The translations under genes and the position numbers were made by a program. A stretch of 21,339 nt of DNA from a candidate division FCPU426 bacterium. Lineage in GTDB: Bacteria > Oederibacteriota > JAAXVQ01 > JAUVAV01. Below are positions 9,801 to 17,881 of this stretch, one piece after another. Position 1 is the first letter of the stretch, and each line of letters begins with the position of its first letter. Below the pieces are notes generated by a model. The model searched no databases. It had not been told where the DNA came from and saw nothing but the letters and a program-made list of their open reading frames with translations. Location of the stretch: assembly GCA_030637655.1 (NCBI GenBank), contig DAOWGI010000118.1:1-21339 (forward strand), in the 5' to 3' direction.

Positions 9801-12800
9801 GTTACGGCAAAAGCCGCCAGAACAATGCCAAAATAAAACCAGCCATAAAATACCAGCCCGAGAAAATATAAACGGCCCCAGTTTTTTATCCTGGCCGGCC
9901 AGGTTTCTAAGCGCATCGGCACAATCTTGATTTCCTCTGTTTCCGGATTACATTGGACTTTAAAAACTCCAAAACCATGACCCAGGGCATAAACCAGGTT
10001 GGTCAGCAAAACCGCTGCCAACATGGTGATCCGGGGATCAATAGGCAGGGCATTGAACGCTACGACGAGCCTGGGGCCAACTATATAAGTAACCCACAAG
10101 GATTCAACCAGCGGCGCGGTGTACTTGGCGTTGTAATCAAAAATTTCTTTCTGTGACAGGCTCCTGCCCAGGATGCGCGGCATGATTTCTTCAGTCAGCC
10201 GGATCATGAAGTGATACATTCCCAACACAACCCCGAATTCATCCTGCTTGAGTTTTGCTGTTCGGAGACTCAATTTTTTCGCCAAACCACCGCTTGTCAG
10301 GCTTTTGAGGACCACGACGCATTTAGCCAAGCCAACGCGCAAATAATCCCTGCCCCACTGGATCAAAGTCCATACAACAGGAGCATGTTCCATAAGAGTT
10401 GCCAGGGCATGTCCTCTGCCCAGAGATTCGATTAATTCATGTGTCAGAATCCTTTTTTGCAGCCAGGCGGGGAAAAAAAGCACTGTTGGTGAAATCAGCA
10501 CTCTGGCGGATTCGCCCCTGCCGATCCGGTGGTCCAGAAATAACCCCTGCCAGGCTTTAGGTTGTTGAAATATCTCTTGCCACCTTTTTGGACTATCTGC
10601 CAGCGCGTCCCATTCGATATTTTTTTTGGTTAGCAGGCCCAGATCTGTATTTGGGATATCAAGGCCGCGTCTTTTCATCTGTTGAATAACCTCGCTAAAC
10701 AACGATGCGGTCTGCGCCTGTTTCTGACGCAACAGACTTGGAGACATTAACGCGGGTGGGGGCACGGTATTATGATATGCCCAGCAAAGCAGGCGCAGTA
10801 GATGAGCGATCAGGCCGCTCAGCAATCCGGCAATTGCCGGCATGGCTAGGGATATATCCCAGGGCAGGATGGCGCTAAACAGAGCAACTGCCAGACCGAT
10901 CCTGCTGACGCGCAAAAGAATTGCGCCCAGATTAACAATCAAGTTTCCGCCTTCAGGAATGACCCCCATTTCAAGATCGCTAATACTATCCACTTTAGTA
11001 TTAATAGTCTGGAATGTGCCATTATTCTTTTCAACCGGGTCTATATCTCCAGCACTAAAATCCGGTAAAATTCCGGATTTTAGTGCTTCCAATCCATCTT
11101 CATTTGTCGCTGCATAGTCTTCCTTATTACGCCTGAGTTTAAACGGCTTACGCTTCTTACGCTGGGACTTGGTTAATCTTTTCATTGCAATAGAAATAAG
11201 CGCTGAGTTATTATCCGTGCCATATTTAGCCTTCAGTGCCAGATAGGTATCTATAAGCTCCTGCAAGGTAAGCTTCTTGGCATGTTTCGCAATATCACTG
11301 CTAAGCAGAAATATTTTATTTTGTTTACTGAATGTTTCCAGCACTTCTCTCAGTACAACTCTCTGAAGACCATTTGCGCTTCCATTTTTGGCAAAATCTT
11401 TGGCTGTCTTTTCATTAATCAGATTCTCCTTTTGCAGCATGCGCACCAGACTGGGCACATCAAGAACACTATTTTCTTCAGCCTCGGGCTTGACAACAGC
11501 CTTTTCCGCTGGTCCCGCGGCAACGGTTTTTTCTGCACTCGATTCCTGAACCGCGACCACTTCCTCGGGCTGGTCTTTGGTCTTGCTGGTCTTCGCAATC
11601 GTCGGTTCCGGATCCGGCCGTGCATATGACGCTAAAACCCAGTCAATAATAAAACTGTCATGTCCTTTTTGCCGCAACCACGCGCACATGGTTTTCATAT
11701 CCGTCGCAGGATCTGCTCTTCTTAATTCAAAATAATCATACAGGCATTGTGCCCGGTAACCGGGTATAATTTTTTCAGCGATAATTGCCTCTCTCACCTC
11801 TCCAATGGTCTTTGCCGGGATCTCAGCCTGCAGCAAAACATCAACCATATCCCACTGAATTCCTGTACCAGCAGATTTGAATTTATTTTGCCATTGAAAA
11901 ACAGCAGCCGTATCCGGCTCTTTGGGCTCTTCTTTTACCAAAGACGTTTCATCCGGCTCTTCAGTATCTTCATCCGGCTCCTTGATATCTTCGGTTTCAA
12001 AAGGCGTATATCCAGGCAAGAGAGTTTCCAAGCGGCTGCGAAGGGTTTTGATTGTGGATATTGGCATGCTGCTTCGCACCCAGCCTGTGGCTGATGCAAC
12101 CAATTTTTCATTCTCCGGATATGTAGCCGCAATATATAGAATGTCCTTCAGCGTTGATTGCTTGGATAATTTTTTCCGATATATGTACTGCATATGTTTG
12201 TCCTTTTGCAGCAAAGCAGGATTCATTGCCATGACCTCGTCAAAACGCTGCGGATTGCGCAATACATATTCAATAATCGCATATTCGGCACCATGTTTTT
12301 TCAGACACGGGACCATGTCCTTGATCTCAGCCACTGACAAAGGAGAGGAAATTATACTTTTAATCGTCTCCATAGCATATCCGGAAGCAAAATTAATAAT
12401 TGTCTGAATATCTTCATCAGCCCTTGCGCTGCGAATAGCAGTGTGCAACAGCCATCCGGAAAGTTTTATCCTCTTTCGTTTCTGGACCACATATAATTTT
12501 TTCAACAGGAAGCGCTTGGCATAAAGTTCATGAATAGACAGATCGCGGCTCATCAACGCGATAGGGCTATCATTTATATTAAACAAAGACTTCGCTTTGA
12601 TCGCCCGCATAATACTCTCAACCAGCAATGGTTCCACTGCAGGATCAGTCTTGATTTTTTCCTTCAGCGCCGGAACAATACCGATGTTCGATAACTCCAG
12701 TTTATTTCTGAGTTGCGCAAAGGTTTCCTGTTGATCTAAAAGCTCCTGCCGGCCGAATGCTTTGACAATCTCTACAAATTTTTCTGCCATGTTCTGCTTG

Positions 12801-15800
12801 CGCAACGCAAGCACAGATTTTACAAAAGTTACACATTCCGCTTTAATCTCGAATTTTTTGGCCTTTTTCGCGAGAAAATGTTCCTTTATTTCGGCAAGGT
12901 TAAGCTGATATTTAAAGACTGTCAGAAAAATATTCCCCTTATAACCCTTCGCAGCCAGTTGCGGCAACAACTCCAGTATGTCCCCTGTGGAATGGGTGCT
13001 GGCCACAATTCTTTCAATAGCGGACTTGCGCAAAAAAACGAGATCACGCAGCGCCTTTAACAATTTGATTAGTTCAACCGGGGACTTCCTGGAAAGCAGC
13101 AGATTTTCAATTGTTATACGTGTATAAAAACCGCCTCTGTCATCAGGCGTTTGCGCGATATAATCAATTACATCCAGTTTTAGTAAAAATTTGGTCCAGC
13201 CCTTGGCCATCAGATGACTTTTCATTTCAGCAGTAAAATTCCGCTTCTCTTTATCAGTAATTATCAGCAGTTGCATGTGATCCAGAATCGCCGAGAATAC
13301 AGCCGCGTGGTTCTTCCCGGAGATACTCATGCCATCCAGTTGCTGCCTGACACCCTGGCCATCGATCCAGCTGTGCCGATCCAGCAAATTCAAGACCTTT
13401 TCAGTCTGCCTGCCCAACTCATCCGAAGTGGAAATAGCCGGCGCCCCTTTGGCAATACGCAAAGCCTGCTCAACATCCTTGGCCGCGAACCTGCGCTCTA
13501 AAAGAAGTCTGAACATGAGCGCTGAATTTGTCTGAATACCGTCCGCCTCCAAATGATGCACAGCATGCAGCGCCTGGCCAAGTCTGGGCGAGAACATGGC
13601 AGCTCGCTCACGGCCGGCCAGCACACCAATTATCACATAGCGGTCATACTCATTCAGGCTTTTCAGCGTGGTCAATTCCCCGGAATACTGGGCATCTGTG
13701 TTGGCATTGGGCAGAAACACTTCCCGCACAGCCTTAGACACACCATCCCTGTTTTCCTTGCTCAGTGCCTCGCTTAGCAGCACCTGGATATCCCGGGGTG
13801 AAAGCGGCGAATGTTCGGAACGATTAATTTGGATGATCTCAGCAATATCCGCCAGCGAGGCTTGTCGCTTGACCATTGCTGCAAAGGCCCGGTTTTTCTC
13901 TTTTTCAATGGGCAGCTTAGTGATGGCTTTAAAAATTGTATCCAGGAATTGGTCGGAAATTCCATTTGCCAAAGCCGGTTGGTAATACTTTTGACGGATG
14001 CTGTGTTTTTTAAGCTGCTCTAAGATATGATCAATACGCTGCTGGGAACGTCTGCTGCGGATGATATAGAGAAGTGTTCTAGTGGATCGATCCTGCTCTT
14101 GCAAGTACTTGTGGATAATCTTCTGTTTTTCCCCAATCTCCTTGGTTCCCGCTAAGGCTGCCTCAAAAACCGGACATGAAATGAATCGGCGGGATTTATT
14201 GATCTTGATCATATCAATCAAGAGCGGCATGTTCAGTAAAAACCGGTTCAGTGTCATTTGATTGCTATCAAATCGCAGCTTAGCTCCAGGCATGAGCGCG
14301 CCTGCGGTGAATTTAGGATTTTGAATGGTTTTGACCAGCACTTGAATCACCTGACCATCGCTCTCTGCGTTTAGCGCACGCACTTGGTCCATGGCTTTAT
14401 TCGCCTTATAGTCTGAGATAATTTTCTTCTTAGCCAATTCATCTAGAATTTCCTGTGCCAGCGCTTCGCGTTTGCTTATTTCCGCTGCATTATCCCTATA
14501 TTCTCTGATAAGTTTCTTAATGTGGTTATCACAGTCTGCCCAATTGGTATGCTTTTGCTTTATTTTTTCCGCTTCATCACCCAGAAAATTTTGGGTGATA
14601 AACTCAATAGGCAAGGCACTAGTGACAATATTTTTCACAAGAGACTGATAATACCAGGTTTTCATCAATGGCTTGACAATCTGTTTCAACTCAGCATACG
14701 AACGTCCGCTATTGAATATTCTGGAAGCTGCTATGCCGGTAATGCGCTGCTCAGGATCATCATGATAAAACAGCTTGTCAATAAACACGCGGAGTCTTGC
14801 CGCATTATGACTGGTGCTGAAATACAACTGCAACAGATGGCCTGTGATAAATCCTTTTTCCACATCATTTGAAGTAATGGCCTCAAAAATATCCATTTTG
14901 TCGGCAAATCGGAAAAATCCGTGCGCGTGAACTATTTGTGCCTGGGCATCTGAAAAGATGGGCTTGAAATTATGGTTTTTATGGCCGATGTTTTTGATAA
15001 TGATACCAAGATAATAATCTACTGTGCGGTTGATCTCAGGCACCTGTGACAGTTCGAATTCAATTGCGCTGCGGTTAAGCCAGCCGCAATTGGAGAGCCT
15101 GTCTATAAGACGGCTTATTTCATCCGGTAAGGCCAAGGGTTCGCGCGGACAGACCTTGGCAATCGCTTTTTCGATTATTATGGAAGAAAAGTCTTTATTC
15201 ATGAGCGCCTGGTAAAGGCGCGGTTCGTTTTCTTCCTGGATCCAATCCTTATGCTCTACAATAATCTTCCTGGCTGTTGTGACACAGGCCTCCAGTTGCG
15301 GACTATCAGTCTTGTATTCCGGCACTGTTGTCTTGGTTGGCGCGTAAGCGCTCATGTCCTTAAGCCCGACGCCCATCATGCCCAGCATACTCAGCCCAAA
15401 CGGAAATTTTTCCGGATTTTGCCAAAACGGCGTTGCAAACATGCCAATTATTCCGATGATGACAACAGCCGCGGCACTGTAAATAAAAATTTCATTACGC
15501 GACATGCTCTTGGCCCGCGACTCGTAAAATTCATACACCAGCGATCGGGCCTGTGCCAATAAAGGGGTTAGCTTGCGCAGTTGTCCCACCAGGACCGGCA
15601 GGAGCCGCCAGGCCAGATAAAGTCCTACAGTTTCGTGCAGATTCAAATCCGCCAATGAACGGGTTGGCATGGAATCCAGCATGACTTGCACCTGTTTTCG
15701 ATTTTCCGGCTTAATCAGCATGATATATTCGTTCGGAAATACGGCTTTTCTCAGGATATCTTCTTCCTTAAGCCTTAGGCGCTGCTTGCCCGTACAGACC

Positions 15801-17476
15801 ACAGCCAGCATATCTTCCTGATTAGCTGTAACCGGGAAGCTGAACACCTGGTTGGAATGGATATTTACATCCTCAACGGACTTGACCTGGTAATCGTCCA
15901 GTATTTTCTCCACCTGCTGCCAGACTTCCTGCGCAACCTTGGTCCGCATAAAATTATCTGCCCTGGCTTTGATAACAATAAACAATTCCAGCAGCCTGTT
16001 AAAGAGCGCTCTTCGTTCCGAGGATTTGCCTGGCGCGGATACGCGGTGGGGATCCGAAAGCGTGGGCAGATACGGCTCCAGGGTAAAAACACGCTGTTCC
16101 TGGGAAAGAAGTTTTTCCAGCGGTGTCTTGCGGTTGCGCAACAGGGTGAAATAGGGATTCACCAGATCCTGCTGCGTAAGCTTGGGCTTGAGTGAGAGGA
16201 TGGAAATCCCTTGCGCCTGCAAACCGGCCAGCACATGTTCAGTATGGAAACCACCGGTCACCAGCACCATCAGTTTTTCCTGCTGCTTTTGCATGTTGCG
16301 CAGCGTATTTTGCACAAACGCTCTGCTGCGTTCATCCGCCACCCGGTAAAAATCAGCCACAGCATTAAGAAGTCCGTCGAGCATGAAAATTTCCGGATCC
16401 ATTTCCAGCTCGCCAGTCTTGTCATAGCTGCGGATAAAATCAACAAACACCTGAACCTGGAAATCACCACGGTTTTGGCGAAAGACCTCCAGTTCCTCCG
16501 GACTACCGGAAATGTTGATTAGCTTCTCAATAATTGAGAGCCGGAGCAGCCGGCGGTCCAGCTCGCGCTCCTGTGTGTTAATATAAAAATATTCGCGCAA
16601 AGTGTATTCCAGTATTTCCAGTTCCTTAAAAAGCGCGTCCGCGTCTATTTTGGGCGTGAAAAGCGCCCGGCGGTTCCTGGCATACCTGAGAGCAGTGGGA
16701 TACGCAGCCAGGTCATAACCGAGCCGGCGCGCTGTTTTCACTAAAAAAAGCGTCTGCGTAAGAACATTGTTCTTGCCGTCGCGGTAGAGCAGGCACTGCT
16801 TGTCAAATTTCAGCAAACGACTGTTATAAAGCCCGGGCTTGAGCGCGTCCAGGCTGTCGCGCAGATCATAGCAATAGCCCTGCCCCTCATCCTTGAGAAT
16901 GAATTCCACTGAGCGCTTATTGCGTTTATAGAGATCCTCGTTCTCAATTCCTTCCAACCTTACGGGATATTCACCTGTAGCCGCGTAGAATTCAGCGCCT
17001 GAGAGTTTACCCTGGCGCACAAAATAGTCACTGACCTCGGTCCGGATTTTCTTAATCGGAAAAGTTCTGATCTTGGTGGTATCAATCGGGAGTGATGTCC
17101 CCTCCATTGAAACCAGACGCAACCCGTGTTTCTCAGCCAGCAGATGTATAATTTGGGCAATATTCATCTGCACTTCATAATTGCAGTGAAGATCCTGAAT
17201 ATGCACCACCAAACGGTTGTCACCCTGGAGAAGGTGGCTCACGGTTCCCAGTTTTTCGGGAATAAAAACCGTCTTATTATTAAATATAATAGACGGCTGA
17301 CTGATCGAATAATTGGCAGAATCAAATGCCCAGGTAAAATATGGGGAAATAAAGGTCAATATCACGGCAAGAGCAATGATCCGCACCCAATTGCGCTGTT
17401 CTGGTTTTTGCCAGGCTGATAATGATATTATCATAGGCTCAATTGTCTGCCTGGTGTTGGACTTGCTATTAAACAT
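3818..17476 (-). CDS. Giant (4552 aa) membrane-associated multidomain protein with a large internal duplication
   Basis: Uninterrupted 13.66-kb ORF with a CAGGAG RBS before ATG 17476. N-terminal hydrophobic signal/anchor, HIQDLH...SMEG...RS...GGFH domain, several TM segments and two ~1600-1680-aa homologous blocks. Confidence 0.93.
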   Translation of the reverse strand: MFNSKSNTRQTIEPMIISLSAWQKPEQRNWVRIIALAVILTFISPYFTWAFDSANYSISQPSIIFNNKTVFIPEKLGTVSHLLQGDNRLVVHIQDLHCNYEVQMNIAQIIHLLAEKHGLRLVSMEGTSLPIDTTKIRTFPIKKIRTEVSDYFVRQGKLSGAEFYAATGEYPVRLEGIENEDLYKRNKRSVEFILKDEGQGYCYDLRDSLDALKPGLYNSRLLKFDKQCLLYRDGKNNVLTQTLFLVKTARRLGYDLAAYPTALRYARNRRALFTPKIDADALFKELEILEYTLREYFYINTQERELDRRLLRLSIIEKLINISGSPEELEVFRQNRGDFQVQVFVDFIRSYDKTGELEMDPEIFMLDGLLNAVADFYRVADERSRAFVQNTLRNMQKQQEKLMVLVTGGFHTEHVLAGLQAQGISILSLKPKLTQQDLVNPYFTLLRNRKTPLEKLLSQEQRVFTLEPYLPTLSDPHRVSAPGKSSERRALFNRLLELFIVIKARADNFMRTKVAQEVWQQVEKILDDYQVKSVEDVNIHSNQVFSFPVTANQEDMLAVVCTGKQRLRLKEEDILRKAVFPNEYIMLIKPENRKQVQVMLDSMPTRSLADLNLHETVGLYLAWRLLPVLVGQLRKLTPLLAQARSLVYEFYESRAKSMSRNEIFIYSAAAVVIIGIIGMFATPFWQNPEKFPFGLSMLGMMGVGLKDMSAYAPTKTTVPEYKTDSPQLEACVTTARKIIVEHKDWIQEENEPRLYQALMNKDFSSIIIEKAIAKVCPREPLALPDEISRLIDRLSNCGWLNRSAIEFELSQVPEINRTVDYYLGIIIKNIGHKNHNFKPIFSDAQAQIVHAHGFFRFADKMDIFEAITSNDVEKGFITGHLLQLYFSTSHNAARLRVFIDKLFYHDDPEQRITGIAASRIFNSGRSYAELKQIVKPLMKTWYYQSLVKNIVTSALPIEFITQNFLGDEAEKIKQKHTNWADCDNHIKKLIREYRDNAAEISKREALAQEILDELAKKKIISDYKANKAMDQVRALNAESDGQVIQVLVKTIQNPKFTAGALMPGAKLRFDSNQMTLNRFLLNMPLLIDMIKINKSRRFISCPVFEAALAGTKEIGEKQKIIHKYLQEQDRSTRTLLYIIRSRRSQQRIDHILEQLKKHSIRQKYYQPALANGISDQFLDTIFKAITKLPIEKEKNRAFAAMVKRQASLADIAEIIQINRSEHSPLSPRDIQVLLSEALSKENRDGVSKAVREVFLPNANTDAQYSGELTTLKSLNEYDRYVIIGVLAGRERAAMFSPRLGQALHAVHHLEADGIQTNSALMFRLLLERRFAAKDVEQALRIAKGAPAISTSDELGRQTEKVLNLLDRHSWIDGQGVRQQLDGMSISGKNHAAVFSAILDHMQLLIITDKEKRNFTAEMKSHLMAKGWTKFLLKLDVIDYIAQTPDDRGGFYTRITIENLLLSRKSPVELIKLLKALRDLVFLRKSAIERIVASTHSTGDILELLPQLAAKGYKGNIFLTVFKYQLNLAEIKEHFLAKKAKKFEIKAECVTFVKSVLALRKQNMAEKFVEIVKAFGRQELLDQQETFAQLRNKLELSNIGIVPALKEKIKTDPAVEPLLVESIMRAIKAKSLFNINDSPIALMSRDLSIHELYAKRFLLKKLYVVQKRKRIKLSGWLLHTAIRSARADEDIQTIINFASGYAMETIKSIISSPLSVAEIKDMVPCLKKHGAEYAIIEYVLRNPQRFDEVMAMNPALLQKDKHMQYIYRKKLSKQSTLKDILYIAATYPENEKLVASATGWVRSSMPISTIKTLRSRLETLLPGYTPFETEDIKEPDEDTEEPDETSLVKEEPKEPDTAAVFQWQNKFKSAGTGIQWDMVDVLLQAEIPAKTIGEVREAIIAEKIIPGYRAQCLYDYFELRRADPATDMKTMCAWLRQKGHDSFIIDWVLASYARPDPEPTIAKTSKTKDQPEEVVAVQESSAEKTVAAGPAEKAVVKPEAEENSVLDVPSLVRMLQKENLINEKTAKDFAKNGSANGLQRVVLREVLETFSKQNKIFLLSSDIAKHAKKLTLQELIDTYLALKAKYGTDNNSALISIAMKRLTKSQRKKRKPFKLRRNKEDYAATNEDGLEALKSGILPDFSAGDIDPVEKNNGTFQTINTKVDSISDLEMGVIPEGGNLIVNLGAILLRVSRIGLAVALFSAILPWDISLAMPAIAGLLSGLIAHLLRLLCWAYHNTVPPPALMSPSLLRQKQAQTASLFSEVIQQMKRRGLDIPNTDLGLLTKKNIEWDALADSPKRWQEIFQQPKAWQGLFLDHRIGRGESARVLISPTVLFFPAWLQKRILTHELIESLGRGHALATLMEHAPVVWTLIQWGRDYLRVGLAKCVVVLKSLTSGGLAKKLSLRTAKLKQDEFGVVLGMYHFMIRLTEEIMPRILGRSLSQKEIFDYNAKYTAPLVESLWVTYIVGPRLVVAFNALPIDPRITMLAAVLLTNLVYALGHGFGVFKVQCNPETEEIKIVPMRLETWPARIKNWGRLYFLGLVFYGWFYFGIVLAAFAVTPMAAAVTTIIIISRPASMYFHFKYHKAVLQSPEDFPVWLRVLGMMGAGPAAMNASVPAKTKTTVLEYATDSPQLKACVTTAKEIIEEHPEWVQEENEPLLYQVLMNKDFSPIIIEKAIAQVCPRHPLILPDEIIDLIDKLSNYGWLNRSAIEFKLSQVPEINRTVDYYLGIIIKNIGHSSHNFKPIFSETQAQMVHAHGFFRFADKMDIFEVILPADVEKGFITGSLLQSYFRTSHDATRLRPVIDKLLDHEEPEQRITGMAAAWIFNSGRSYEELREIVRPLMQTWQDESTVMKIVRSAVPVTGVTRTFLGENANDIKEQCPNWRNRYDHIPQLIREYRDKEAEIRKREAQAQVILNELANNKIISKDEANEVINEVRVLEAETDAQVIEKLVNTIQRSEFAVGALGPGTDIRNRLPLKTLLRNIPLLIDMLRINKYDMNITRIMFEMALRGIKDVEEKRKIIYKYLLEQEQSGKTVVAIIRSRRSQERIDHILEQLENHGIYQEYYQKALANLTSDQFLDTVFKAIAKLPAKEEKNRIFKVMTERQASLADIAEIIRINHSLHSPLSSRDIQVLLSEALSKENRDAVSKAVREVFLLKAGTADQYSGELAALKNLDEYDRYVVMGVLAGRERAAMFSPKLGKTLHAVHQLEADGVRRNLSIMIKELSESGFAAKDIEQALRIAKGVPAISASDELGRQTESVLNLLDKHGWIEGQGVRQQLDGMSMSGKNHVTVFSAILDHMQLPIIADKKKRQFATDMKNSLLAAGWTKFLLKLDIIDYIAQTSDAKDDFYTRTMIKNLLVSNKPSAELIALLKELRNLGLLHKTDIEIIVASVHPIEDMLDLLPQLAPKGYKRNIFPVVFKYRLNIAEIKKHFLAKKANQIKTIKACKSYIKSVIALRKQNMAEEFVEIIEAFGRQGLLNEQESFAQVRNKLKLSDIGTVPALKEKIKTDPAVEPLLVETIMKAIHAQPLFDITDGHIDTMRRELSIHKIHAKLELLEKLYMVQKRKKIEISGQLLHTILRNARPDKDILDIVDFFCERTMSTIVAMIASPLSVAEIKDLVQRLEKFGAEYEIIEYVLRNPPQFDEVMAMDSDLLQKDKGLQRIYRRKLSEKTTLENILYIAVKYSENKTLVESALGWVRSSMPIATIKTLRSRLETLLPSYTSFLTKDTKLSDAIHKWQEKFKSADTEIQQYLVGILLQDEVPAGTIGEVRQAIAEPALARSSETKEQFSPVLPAQEANENEAVAAKPEEETVLMPEPEKIIVADVPSLVRLLQAVNLIEYETAKAFAKQGSANGLQTVVLRELLETLHEEEEIRLHKSQIKEQAKNITLQQVTEAYLAQKAENHTEDDFELISAAVKNVIGYKKPKYSQAEIDARIREGVQKKAKKKKRESEPIPFGILAGEPSEQAINRFNNINKDRGSFDELKTIVTPKDGNLIVNLGAILLRVSRIGLTVAVFSAMLPWDISLAMMGITGLLGGLIAHLLRLLYWAYHNAVPPIETMSSVMLRRKQAQTASLFSEVIQQMKRRGLDIPQTKLGLLTREPIEWDKLADYPERWQDVFQQSASRHGLFLDHRIGWGESGKVLISPTVLFFPAWLQKRILTHELMESLGRGHAWATLMEHAPVVWTLIQWARSIRSRLKGNSAKNIKQTNTPLTEPITQDMLLPDSIINRSFTGTRPGRLRVYQFLMRPVLRLRSPLAPVLNILPGLLQGTGLLLVARRQGTSAKKEIPRIRRLNLGEKQAVLNTPLSARSFDTNQIRVRPLSEMSRTFLQHIAKGNMLGAYAISKQGTLDLFLPDAVFFQSETDQIAALLAQAALWTQTMRFHADLDAVNARISRELTQSALAYAVLNPNALTPVQKTAINFARHINRRYAEQFITEMFSMLADTYSKVQALPKGPLKQAARDELEDMLVTFNEIMQCMPARMRQPIPLENGGLRNNEQTLWIPDAVTIRQLGVYLDILNYLELEIDRRKLDPRWYPLRYSFKSAA
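4891..9678 (-). repeat. Internal duplication copy B of the giant gene (~4.8 kb)
   Basis: Same anchors (cgcccatcatgcccagca 9661-9678; cccactggatcaa 4891). Long shared peptides such as SQVPEINRTVDYYLGIIIKNIGH and VPALKEKIKTDPAVEPLLVE. Confidence 0.92.
10354..15387 (-). repeat. Internal duplication copy A of the giant gene (~5.0 kb)
   Basis: Starts at LGMMG (cgcccatcatgcccagca, 15370-15387) and ends at HAPVVWTLIQW. Colinear with 4891-9678. Confidence 0.92.
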
Positions 17477-17535
17477 CCATGACTCCTGCTCTAAGAAAAG
17501 TATATGTTTTTATATAATTAAGATAATAAAGTTTA

Positions 17536-17564
17536 AATATAGCATACATATTTCCTTTTCGCAA
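17536..17564 (-). promoter_or_regulatory. Candidate sigma70 promoter of the giant gene
   Basis: TTGCGA-17 bp-TATATT with a TGn extended -10, ~60 bp upstream of the start codon in an AT-rich tract. Confidence 0.5.
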
Positions 17565-17881
17565 GTTTGTCATGACTTTTTAACGCTTGTTTTACTAGGT
17601 TTTTATCGCGTCTGCTTCAATTCGGAACGGTTAGCTGTTGAGCTGCTGAAAAAGTCCGCTGATTAGAGACATCCTCCGGTCGCCATCGTGTTCGCGCCAG
17701 CACTATAAGATAGTATAAAATCTCATTTGGAGGTATGTCCTAAATGGCACTAAATATAACGAGGATTACGGCATACCCAATCACAAAACCGCTTTTTGCC
17801 AAAATCGGGTGAAATTAAATATAATCCGGCAAATCCGTTTATAGCAGGATGCGCTTGCCGGTTAAAAAAACATCAAGTTGT

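Noticed and set aside
4891-15387. Diversity-generating retroelement template/variable repeat pair
   Set aside because: The repeat is kilobases long, differences are not confined to adenines, and no reverse transcriptase is present.
4028-17666. Many + strand and alternate-frame ORFs over the giant gene
   Set aside because: Antisense or shadow frames with no recognisable motifs. They recur in pairs simply because of the duplication.
17824-17863. Hairpin CCGGCAA-ATCC...GGAT-GCGC-TTGCCGG as a c-di-GMP riboswitch or terminator
   Set aside because: It lacks the GAAA tetraloop and second stem of the riboswitch, and has no U-tract on the appropriate side for a terminator.
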